A stretch of 64,000 nucleotides of DNA from Candidatus Cloacimonadales bacterium (GTDB lineage: Bacteria; Cloacimonadota; Cloacimonadia; Cloacimonadales; JAFGVF01): the NCBI GenBank assembly GCA_963677495.2, contig CAXXOU010000002.1:1-64000 (forward strand). Direction: 5' to 3'. Positions 1-8,958 of the stretch are shown one piece after another. The translations under genes and the position numbers were made by a program. A model generated the notes under the pieces. It was given only the letters and a program-made list of their open reading frames with translations. It did no database searches and was not told the DNA's origin. Position 1 is the stretch's first letter, and every line of letters starts with the position of its first letter.

Positions 1-411
1 ATGATTAATAAGCTTAGCCATATCGGTATTGCTGTTAAAGATCTTGATAAAGCTATTGAGTTCTATAAAAGCATGGGACTTGAGCTTGAAAGCATTGAAA
101 CAGTTGAATCACAGAAGATTAAAGTCGCTTTTTTCCCTGTAGGAACTGAGTGCAGACTTGAGCTTCTTTGCCCAACAAGCGAAGATAGCCCTGTTGCTAA
201 GTTTATCGAGAAGAAAGGTGAAGGAATCCAACATATAGCTCTTGCTGTTGATGACCTTCCGGCTGAACTTAAGAAAGCTGATGAGAACGGAATTCGTTTG
301 ATTGATAAGGAACCAAGACCAGGTGCTCATGGTGCCGACATTGCGTTCTTACATCCAAAATCAACCGGTGGAGTTCTGCTTGAGCTTTGCAAAGAGAAAC
401 ATCACGACTAA
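1..411 (+). CDS. mce: Methylmalonyl-CoA epimerase (VOC family)
   Basis: HIGIAV, ELLCP, EGIQHIA and FLHPKSTGGVLLEL motifs. Confidence 0.9.
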   Translation: MINKLSHIGIAVKDLDKAIEFYKSMGLELESIETVESQKIKVAFFPVGTECRLELLCPTSEDSPVAKFIEKKGEGIQHIALAVDDLPAELKKADENGIRLIDKEPRPGAHGADIAFLHPKSTGGVLLELCKEKHHD

Positions 412-431
412 GTGATATATAGATAATTCTT

Positions 432-460
432 AAAGCCCGTACATCCCGTACGGGCTTTTT
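432..460 (+). terminator. Intrinsic terminator after mce
   Basis: aaagcccgtac-atccc-gtacgggcttttt hairpin with T-tract. Confidence 0.85.
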
Positions 461-626
461 ATGTTTCCCATAGTTCTAAATGAATGGATAATTGAGAATG
501 CAAAGAATAAAGGGAGTTTGCCGGAACGAAGTTTACGAAGTGAAAGCGGACTTCCTATATTCTTTGAAGTGGCGGGAAACTCCTATGGATGCGAGCTTGG
601 AAAGTAGAACAATTATCAGTTCAAAC

Positions 627-654
627 TTGACACTTTAACTTCAATTTAGATAAT
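627..654 (+). promoter_or_regulatory. Putative sigma70 promoter
   Basis: TTGACA-N16-GATAAT, about 30 nt upstream of the ATG at 684. Confidence 0.55.
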
Positions 655-683
655 CCACATATTGATTATTGAAAGGGTTAATT

Positions 684-2667
684 ATGAAGAAAATACTGCT
701 TGTTTTACTTGTTATATCTATTGCTATTTTAAATGCTGAAATGAATCAATTGAGGATTGAGGGAAAGGCAAAATTCCAAAGTGGAGTGATTATCTCAGAA
801 AATATTGTAGATAAAAATATGGAGAAGGCTGCTCTTATTGTTTTTCTTACCGACTTGACTGTTGATATAGATTTCAGACCTTCTAAATGGGGCAGTTAGA
901 AAAGTAGATAAATCTACTAAAGGTAAGTATGAAGTTTATGTCTCCCCAGGTGAAAGGACTATCAAAGTAAATGCTCTCGGCTTCAAAGAATTTGAAGTAG
1001 TTCTATCCACTTATGGTGTGAGAAGATTACAAAGTGGAGAGACTTATCAATTAGACCTTACCGGCGACCAGAAGGTTACAGAAATACCTGTTGTGATAAC
1101 TTGTAGTGTAGATGGGGCTGAAGTGTTTGTAGATAGTAATAAAGTAGGTATTACTTCTAATAAAATGCTGACAACGAATATCAGCACTGGAGAACATATT
1201 ATTAGAGTTGATACAAATGGATTTAAGCCAAAAGAGATAACTGAAACAATTAGTACTTCTAACAACTCATTTAACTTTGACTTGAAAGTGCTTGAACCTG
1301 TTATGCTAACAATAAAATCAAACCCTAAAGAAGCTGATATTTATATCAATAATATCAAAGAGGGAAGTACCAATAAACAGCTTTTTAAGTATCCCGATAA
1401 CTATCAGCTAAGAATAGTTAAAGATAAATTTGATTCTGTTGAAGAAACGATTACTGTTACTTCAAGCGGGAGTAATGAGTTTAGCTATACTTTATTAAAA
1501 AGTACTGCTGTGCTTACTGTTAATACCACTCCATCAGGTTGTGAGATTTCTGTTAACAGAAGCATGATAAGCGGAAACAGTAAGGAAGTATCAGCTGGTA
1601 CATATTTAATAGAGGTTTCTAAAGATGGTTGGTACACGCAAACGCGAACCGTCCAAGTTGAAAAGGGAAGAGATATAATTGAAAGCTTTATCCTAAAACA
1701 GAAAACAGGGAAACTCCAATTTGTTGTTGAGCCAATGGAAGCTAAAACTACTATGAAATATATTGGTTCTACCTATAAATCATGGTCAGGTTCTAAGCAT
1801 TTATCTAAAATACCTGTCGGTTCTTATGAATTGGCTGTAGATTTGAACGGTTATAAGAAGCAAACTAGGACTATCTCTATTAAAGAGAATGAAACTACAC
1901 AAACTAATGTTACCTTAGAAAAGGGAGTATCTAAGCCTGCATATACTACAAGTGGCAGTATTGAAATGGTCTTTGTAGAAGGTGGTACCTTCCAAATGGG
2001 GAGCAATGATGGAAGTAGTGACGAGAAACCTGTGCATAGTGTAACAGTTAATGATTTCTATATTGGGAAATATGAGGTGACTCAAAAGCAATGGAAAGAA
2101 GTAATGGGGAATAATCCCTCTCGTTTTAGGGGTGAAGATAATCCGGTGGAGAAAGTTAGTTGGTATGATACTGTAGAGTTTTGTAACAAGTTGAGTGAAA
2201 GAGAAGGTTTATCTAATTGTTATAGTGGTTCAGGTAAAGGAATAACGCTGAATATTAATGCAAACGGTTATAGAATGCCAACCGAAGCGGAATGGGGATT
2301 TGCAGCAATTGGAGGTAATAAGAGTAAAGGATATAAGTACTCAGGGAGTAATAGTATTGGTGATGTTGCTTGGTATGATTCTAATTCACGTAAGAAAACA
2401 CACTTAGGTGGAACAAAGCAGGCAAATGAACTTGGAATATATGATATGAGTGGTAATGTTTGGGAATGGTGTTGGGATTGGTATGGAAGTTATAACAGAG
2501 GTTCACAGCTAAACCCAACAGGAGTTACATACGGCTCGTACCGTGTTTATATGGGCGGTAGCTGGTATTTTAATGCTTCTGACTGTCGTATTGCTAATCG
2601 TTGCTATAACTTTCCTGACGGTAGCTCTGACGATATAGGCTTTCGCTTAGTCCGCAGTTTTAATTGA
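684..2667 (+). pseudogene. Frameshifted secreted PEGA-repeat protein with C-terminal FGE/SUMF1 (CLec-fold) domain
   Basis: The signal-peptide ORF (684-899) and ORF 1018-2667 join if one base is removed near 880-887, giving ...DFRPxNGAVRKVDKSTKGKYEVYVSPGER. PEGA repeats are present, with FGE motifs F.MGS, YEVTQ, P.EKVSW, NELGIYDMSGNVWEWCWD and GFRL. Confidence 0.75.
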
Positions 2668-3045
2668 ATTGAGAATGCAAAGAATAAAGGGAGCTTATCC
2701 GTTGGTCTGGCAAACTCCCTAAAAATGGGCTGGAAGTTCTTTTCCCTTTCAGTCCAGTCTTCGCTCTACTGCTTCAACCTTCGTTAAAACTACGGCTCGA
2801 TAAAACGTCCTGACAGGCTGAAGAACTCCTTAGAATTGCAGGTAGTTATCTTCGTTCCAAACTCACAAAAAAGCAGGTTTCTTAGTTCATTGCAATACAA
2901 GTCCTAAAAAAAGCTGTAACTTCAACTCGTTCTTATAACTTACTATATAACACGAACTGTCTTTTTAGTGTAAAAAATGCTTGCTTGAAATTCGCAAGTA
3001 TGGATTATTTGCAAAAATTACAATAAAATAAGTAAGGAGTATACT

Positions 3046-4656
3046 ATGCAGAAATTGATGTTACTCGGTGATGAGGCTCTGGCACAAGGTGCAATAGACG
3101 CCGGCATGTCAGGTTGTTTTGCTTATCCCGGAACACCATCCACTGAAATAATGGAGTACATCCAACACAATAAGGAAGCTGCTGAGCTCGGTATTCACAG
3201 AACTTGGGCTTCTAATGAGAAAACAGCTGTGGAAGAAGCAGTTGGTATGTCATATGCAGGAAAGCGTACAATGACATGTATGAAACACGTTGGTCTTAAC
3301 GTTGCTGCTGATCCATTCATGAACTCAGCTTTCGTTGGCGCTAATGGTGGTTTAATCGTAGCTGTTGCTGATGACCCATCTATGCATTCATCTCAGAACG
3401 AACAGGACTCACGTTTCTATGCAAAGTTTGCAATGATTCCATGTCTTGAGCCATCAAACCAGCAAGAATGCTACGATATGGCTTTCTTGGCGTTTGAGCT
3501 TTCAGAAAAATTCAAACTTCCTGTGATGATTCGTCTTGAAACACGTCTTTCACACTCAAGAGCGGGTGTTATTAGAAGAGAAAGAATCCAGGAAAACGAG
3601 ATGAAGTTACCTGAAGATAAGAACCAATTCATGCTTTTACCTTCTTTCTCACGTAGAAAATATAAAAACCTTCTTAACATGCAGCCTGAACTTGTAAAAG
3701 CTGCTGAAGAATCACAATTCAACAACTACAAAGACGGTTCTGACAAATCACTCGGTATTATCGCTTGTGGTTTAGGTTACAACTATGTTATGGAAAACTT
3801 CCAGAACAGAGAATGTAACTTCCCTATCCTTAAAATCAGTCATTACCCACTTCCACGTACACTCATTGAGAAGATGTATAATGAATGTGATAAGATTCTC
3901 GTTGTTGAAGATGGTATGCCTGTTGTTGAAGAGATGCTTAAAGGCTATATCTCAGGAAATGAGAAGATTAAAGGTCGTTTAGATGGTACATTCTCACGTG
4001 ATGGTGAAATGAATCCTAACAAAGTAGCTGTTGCTCTCGGTTTCGAGAAAGAAGAGATTATTCCTATCCCTGAACAGCTTGTTGGCAGACCTCCTGCACT
4101 TTGTGTTGGTTGCCCACATATCGACTCTTTCGTTACTCTCAACGAAGCTCTTAAAGAGCATGGTGACGGACATGTATTCTCTGATATCGGTTGTTATACA
4201 TTAGGTTTCATGCCTCCTTACAACTCAATCAACACATGTCTTGACATGGGTGCTTCAATCACAATGGCTAAGGGTGCTGCAGATGCAGGTCTTTTCCCGG
4301 CTGTTGCTGTTATTGGTGACTCAACATTCTCACACAGTGGATTAACAGGCGTTTTAGACTGTGTTTATGACAACTCGAATGTTGTTATTGTTATCCTTGA
4401 TAATGCTACAACCGGTATGACAGGTGGTCAGGATTACACAGGAGCTAACAAAATTGAAGAGATGTGTATCGGTCTCGGTGTTGATAAAGATCATATCAGA
4501 GTCGTTACACCTCTTAAGAGATGTCATGAAGAGATGATTCAGGTTTACAAAGAGGAGTTTGCATACAACGGTGTATCTGTTGTGATTCCTCGTCGCGAAT
4601 GTATTCAGACAATGACACGTAGAATGAGAGCTCAAAAGAAAGCTCAAAAGAAATAA
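3046..4656 (+). CDS. iorA: Indolepyruvate ferredoxin oxidoreductase alpha subunit
   Basis: AYPGTPSTEI, NEKTA.E, MKHVGLNVAAD, ADDPSMHSSQNEQDSR, RPP.LC.GCPH, DIGCY and TPP motif GDSTF. Confidence 0.92.
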   Translation: MQKLMLLGDEALAQGAIDAGMSGCFAYPGTPSTEIMEYIQHNKEAAELGIHRTWASNEKTAVEEAVGMSYAGKRTMTCMKHVGLNVAADPFMNSAFVGANGGLIVAVADDPSMHSSQNEQDSRFYAKFAMIPCLEPSNQQECYDMAFLAFELSEKFKLPVMIRLETRLSHSRAGVIRRERIQENEMKLPEDKNQFMLLPSFSRRKYKNLLNMQPELVKAAEESQFNNYKDGSDKSLGIIACGLGYNYVMENFQNRECNFPILKISHYPLPRTLIEKMYNECDKILVVEDGMPVVEEMLKGYISGNEKIKGRLDGTFSRDGEMNPNKVAVALGFEKEEIIPIPEQLVGRPPALCVGCPHIDSFVTLNEALKEHGDGHVFSDIGCYTLGFMPPYNSINTCLDMGASITMAKGAADAGLFPAVAVIGDSTFSHSGLTGVLDCVYDNSNVVIVILDNATTGMTGGQDYTGANKIEEMCIGLGVDKDHIRVVTPLKRCHEEMIQVYKEEFAYNGVSVVIPRRECIQTMTRRMRAQKKAQKK

Positions 4657-4673
4657 GGACGGAGGTAAGATAA

Positions 4674-5249
4674 ATGAAATTAGATATTATTTTAGCCGGT
4701 GTTGGCGGACAAGGTATTCTTACCATCGCAAAAGTATTTGGTCAGGTTGCAGTTAAAGAAAACCTTTACCTTAAACAAGCAGAGGTTCATGGTATGAGTC
4801 AACGTGGTGGTGATGTTCAATCTCACTTACGTATCTCAGACAAAGAGATCTTCTCAGACCTTATCCCTGATGGTGAAGCTGATCTTATTCTTTCAGTTGA
4901 ACCAATGGAAAGTCTTAGATATCTTCCATTATTATCAAAAGACGGTTGGTTAATAACAAATTCAAAACCATTTGTAAATATTCCTAACTATCCTGAAATT
5001 GATACTATATATAACGAAATTAAAAAGATTAATAACCATATCCTTATCGATGCAGAAGCTATTGCCAAAGAGCTTGGTAATGCTCTTGCTTCTAACATCG
5101 TAATGGTTGGTGCTGCTGCTGAAAAGACATGTTTCACTATGGAACAGCTTCAGACAGCTCTCAAAGAGATTTTCGGTGCAAAAGGCGAGAAAGTTGTAGA
5201 TTTGAATCTTAACGCTCTTAAAGCCGGTAACGAAGCAGCATCTAAATAA
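4674..5249 (+). CDS. iorB: Indolepyruvate oxidoreductase beta subunit
   Basis: GVGGQG and EVHGMSQRGG motifs; follows iorA. Confidence 0.92.
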   Translation: MKLDIILAGVGGQGILTIAKVFGQVAVKENLYLKQAEVHGMSQRGGDVQSHLRISDKEIFSDLIPDGEADLILSVEPMESLRYLPLLSKDGWLITNSKPFVNIPNYPEIDTIYNEIKKINNHILIDAEAIAKELGNALASNIVMVGAAAEKTCFTMEQLQTALKEIFGAKGEKVVDLNLNALKAGNEAASK

Positions 5250-5257
5250 TAATAATC

Positions 5258-5292
5258 GGGAGCTTGTTTTATTAAGCAAGCTCCCTTCTTTC
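5258..5292 (+). terminator. Putative terminator after iorB
   Basis: gggagcttg...caagctccc hairpin followed by ttcttt. Confidence 0.7.
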
Positions 5293-5323
5293 TTCATAAT
5301 TAACTCTCTTTTCAGGAAATAAT

Positions 5324-8023
5324 ATGGCAACTTATAATACATTCCCGGATAAAGTTACCGATTTCTTACAGGGCACAAACTTAATTTGGTACTATACAAG
5401 AAATAATAGTACGATTTACTTCAATAAAGACTTACAGGATTTACTTGGGTATCAGGGCATAATCATTACAGATGATGGTCGAAAAGAACCCGGATTCCCA
5501 AATAGATCTGATGTCGTTTACGAAAATGATCTTCAATTAGCTTCCCGAGAAGTTACAAGACTTCAAGGTCACAACTCATTTATTGAGATTCGAGTTAAAG
5601 ATATCAATGGTAAATGGATTACTTTCTCATCTAAAATGGAGTTTGTTGACTGTAGTGAAGAAAATGCAGTACTTTGTGGTAGAGCTATCCATATCACGGA
5701 GACCGATTTTAATCATGATTATGAAGGGAACCAGGAGTTCTTTTATAAACTGTATCTTGAAAACTTGATTAATTCACTGCCTGTTGCAGTTTTTACCAAG
5801 GATCCAGTTAATCATAAATATATTACCTGGAATAATGCCATGGTTGAGTTAACAGGAATAGAGAGGGAAGAGGCTATTGATAAAACTGATTACGAAATCT
5901 ATAATCAGAAAGAAGCTGAGGGCTATATTGCTGGAGATAAGGACGTTTTAGAGAATAGGAATTCCGTAATTCTGGAGGACAATTTTTGGAACAGGAAGGG
6001 TGAGAAGAAAGCTGTTAAAATCATTAAAGTACCTAACATCTCCCGTAATAAGAAGATTGAGTTTATCATAGGAATCTGTGTTGATTTAACTATCGAAAAA
6101 GAGCACGAACAGAAATTAGCATCTAGCGAGAATAGATACCGTGCCCTACTCGAAGCACTTGATATGAGAATTGTGCTTAAAGACTTAGCAGATAATATCA
6201 TCCTTTCAAATTCAGCCTATTTCAAATCTCTAGGGTATTCCCAAGAACAATTTTATAGAATGAACCCGAGTGACTTGATACATCCTGATGATCTTGACCA
6301 TTATCTTATGGTAAAGAAAGATATAACTACCGAAGACCTTATTAGCTATGAGTATAGAATTAGACATGCGAAAGGCTATTGGCAGGATATGCTTGCAAAA
6401 TCTATTCTCATCAAGAATGAGGAGGGAAATCCTCGTCATGTATTATTCATTATCCATGATATATCCGAAAGAAAGTTTAGAGAAAAAATATTAAGGGAAA
6501 ATCAACTGTTCCTACAAACCATGATTGATAATCTTCCGGTTGCTATCTTTGTGAAAAGAGTTGACACTGGGAAGTATGAGATCTGGAATAGTGAAGCTGA
6601 GAAGCTTACAAGCATTACAAAAGAGGAAGCAATAGGGAGAGCTAATTCCGAAATATTTCCTCAGCAGCTGGCCAGTTTATTCGATTCAACAGATGAAATC
6701 GTTGTTAATACTGGAAAACCATATCGCATAAATGATGAAAAGATTACTTTGGCAGGATTAAGTAAAAGTACTCTGAATACTAGTAAAATTCCGATATCTG
6801 TTAAAGGTAAAGTTCAATATATTCTTGTAATGGTACAAGATATTACAGGTGAGAAGAACACCCAAAATGAGCTTAAAAATGCACTAGAGAAAGCAAAAGA
6901 GAGTGACCGACTAAAAGCAGCATTCATTAATAACATTTCTCATGAACTTAGAACCCCACTTAATGCAATTGTCGGATCTGCTAATATTCTTGGTCAAAGT
7001 GATTTAGATATGGATGATAAGGAAGACTATATCTCAATTATGAATCAGTCATCTGAAAAACTCCTGCATATGGTTAGTGATATTATGGATATATCTCGTA
7101 TAGAAACCAATCAATTCGAGATTAGTTTCAGTGAATCTAATGTTAACGAGTTACTACTGAAAGTCGATGAGTATACTAAAAGACTTGCAGATGATATGGA
7201 TAAATCTCATCTAAGATTCAATATTAAACTATATCCTGATAATGATATGAATATCTCAACTGATGCATCCAGGGCTTATCAAGTATTTCAGTACCTTGCA
7301 TCAAATGCTGTTAAGTTTACATCAAACGGTGAAATTGAGATAGGATATTATGACCAGAATGACAGGGAAATTACATTTTATGTAAAAGATACTGGAATTG
7401 GGATTCCTAGTTCAATGCATAAAGCAATATTTGAGAAGTTTTTCCAACTTGAAATGTCTCTTACTAAAGAGTATAGTGGTTTAGGAATCGGGTTGTATCT
7501 AACTAGAAGTATTTTACAGCTTCTTGGCGGAAGAATTTGGCTTGAATCTGAAGTAAACAATGGCTCTACTTTCTATTTTTCTCTTAAAAAGCAGATGAGT
7601 GAAGCAGAATCAAAGGGTAAGCAGATAAAAATAAATACCGGTAAGAAATACAAATGGAATGGGAAAACAATTCTAGTCGTTGATGATACAAGGTCGACTA
7701 CTACATTACTAAAAAAACTACTTGAGAGAAATGGAGCTTCTATTGTTACTGCTAATTCAGGTAAGGAAGCTATTGATATTCTCAAGAACTCTTCACTGAT
7801 CGATTTGGTGTTATTAGATCTTCAGATGCCTGTTATGTCTGGAGCTGAGACTGCTGAAAAGATGCACAAGATACATCCTGATTTGAAGATTATAGCACAA
7901 TCAGCATATACACTTGAAGAGGATAGGGAGTTTGTAGAAAATGTTAACTTTGCTGCGTATCTGACAAAGCCTATTATTACTAATGAGATGTATAAAGTTG
8001 TTGATGTATACTTGAAAAACTAA
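5324..8023 (+). CDS. Cytoplasmic multi-PAS hybrid sensor histidine kinase/response regulator
   Basis: Several PAS/PAC repeats, H-box SHELRTPLN, NAVKFT, DTGIGI and GLGIGL; C-terminal receiver (VVDD, LDLQMP, KP). Confidence 0.9.
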   Translation: MATYNTFPDKVTDFLQGTNLIWYYTRNNSTIYFNKDLQDLLGYQGIIITDDGRKEPGFPNRSDVVYENDLQLASREVTRLQGHNSFIEIRVKDINGKWITFSSKMEFVDCSEENAVLCGRAIHITETDFNHDYEGNQEFFYKLYLENLINSLPVAVFTKDPVNHKYITWNNAMVELTGIEREEAIDKTDYEIYNQKEAEGYIAGDKDVLENRNSVILEDNFWNRKGEKKAVKIIKVPNISRNKKIEFIIGICVDLTIEKEHEQKLASSENRYRALLEALDMRIVLKDLADNIILSNSAYFKSLGYSQEQFYRMNPSDLIHPDDLDHYLMVKKDITTEDLISYEYRIRHAKGYWQDMLAKSILIKNEEGNPRHVLFIIHDISERKFREKILRENQLFLQTMIDNLPVAIFVKRVDTGKYEIWNSEAEKLTSITKEEAIGRANSEIFPQQLASLFDSTDEIVVNTGKPYRINDEKITLAGLSKSTLNTSKIPISVKGKVQYILVMVQDITGEKNTQNELKNALEKAKESDRLKAAFINNISHELRTPLNAIVGSANILGQSDLDMDDKEDYISIMNQSSEKLLHMVSDIMDISRIETNQFEISFSESNVNELLLKVDEYTKRLADDMDKSHLRFNIKLYPDNDMNISTDASRAYQVFQYLASNAVKFTSNGEIEIGYYDQNDREITFYVKDTGIGIPSSMHKAIFEKFFQLEMSLTKEYSGLGIGLYLTRSILQLLGGRIWLESEVNNGSTFYFSLKKQMSEAESKGKQIKINTGKKYKWNGKTILVVDDTRSTTTLLKKLLERNGASIVTANSGKEAIDILKNSSLIDLVLLDLQMPVMSGAETAEKMHKIHPDLKIIAQSAYTLEEDREFVENVNFAAYLTKPIITNEMYKVVDVYLKN

Positions 8024-8148
8024 AGCTAAGTGATAGACTTATAGCTACTTCATTTGAAGTAGCTATTTTTTGTGTCACTCTGAGCTTATCCTCATTTCGT
8101 TCAGGAAAACAAATATGGCACTCTGATTTTCAGTAGCAATTACCTATA

Positions 8149-8556
8149 TTACTTAAACACTTCAGGAATCTCTTCAACCAGGTCCTCATTTGGTGTATAA
8201 ACCCATATTCTATTATTCTCAGGATCTTTCAATCCTCCATACCAATACTCCACCTCCTTCGAAGGGCCAAAGGATACTTTACCACCAGTCTCAGCAACTC
8301 TTTGAAAGAGTGTGAACATATGACTGCTTGATATTTGCATAAAAGTAGCACTTCTTCTTGGTAAATGAAGGGGTTTATCTGCTTCATTGTAAGCAGTAAT
8401 ACCTACTATGCACTGGTCTCCTGACATCAAATCAACATATCCATCCTCCATACCTTCATAGTATATTGGATTTAAATCAAATGTTTCTATATACCATTTT
8501 ACCATTGCTTGAAAGTCTTCTGCAAAGATCACTGTATTTATCGGTTTTATAATCAT
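8149..8556 (-). CDS. VOC/glyoxalase family protein
   Basis: D.QAMVKWY..TF, GGKV..GP and DPENNRIW pattern. Confidence 0.75.
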   Translation of the reverse strand: MIIKPINTVIFAEDFQAMVKWYIETFDLNPIYYEGMEDGYVDLMSGDQCIVGITAYNEADKPLHLPRRSATFMQISSSHMFTLFQRVAETGGKVSFGPSKEVEYWYGGLKDPENNRIWVYTPNEDLVEEIPEVFK

Positions 8557-8687
8557 TACTTCTCCTTTATCTTATTCTTTAATTCATCAGATACTTCTTC
8601 TTCTAAATCTTCATCAGGAGTAAATACCCAGATTCTATTTCCTTCCGGATCAACCATCACAACTGTATTGAATAACTTAGTTTTCAT
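8556..8687 (-). pseudogene. 43-aa internally deleted VOC paralog (MKTKLFNTVVMVDPEGNRIWVFTPDEDLEEEVSDELKNKIKEK)
   Basis: GGAGG RBS; N- and C-termini match the termini of the downstream VOC gene; TAATG stop/start overlap. Confidence 0.7.
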
Positions 8688-8753
8688 CTTTCCTCCAGTG
8701 AAAAACTATCTATAATTCTGACTAGGGCAACATAAATATCACTCAAGTCTTCT

Positions 8754-8897
8754 TCATTACTCTATCTTAATTCTCATAAAAGAACTACCGAAAGCTGGGG
8801 AGTCTCTTGGGCATTCCTGGGGCAAATGGACAAGTGACTGCTAAGATATTGATAGGAGAAAAGGTGTCTTTGACTCATAATTATGATAGAGCAATGA
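8754..8897. repeat. ~144-bp TIR element, copy A
   Basis: tcattactctatcttaatt ... aattatgatagagcaatga (17/19 inverted match); core is homologous to copy B in reverse orientation. Confidence 0.75.
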
Positions 8898-8910
8898 GAG
8901 GACATTGGAA

Positions 8911-8935
8911 AAGGCAGACTGAAATAGTCTGCCTT
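8911..8935 (-). terminator. Terminator after valS
   Basis: aaggcagact-gaaat-agtctgcctt hairpin. Confidence 0.75.
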
Positions 8936-8958
8936 CATTAAGTCTATTTATTTAAGCT

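Noticed and set aside
2533..3045. Complete DGR (TR, RT, avd) at this locus
   Set aside because: No AAY-rich template repeat or reverse transcriptase ORF is visible anywhere in the window
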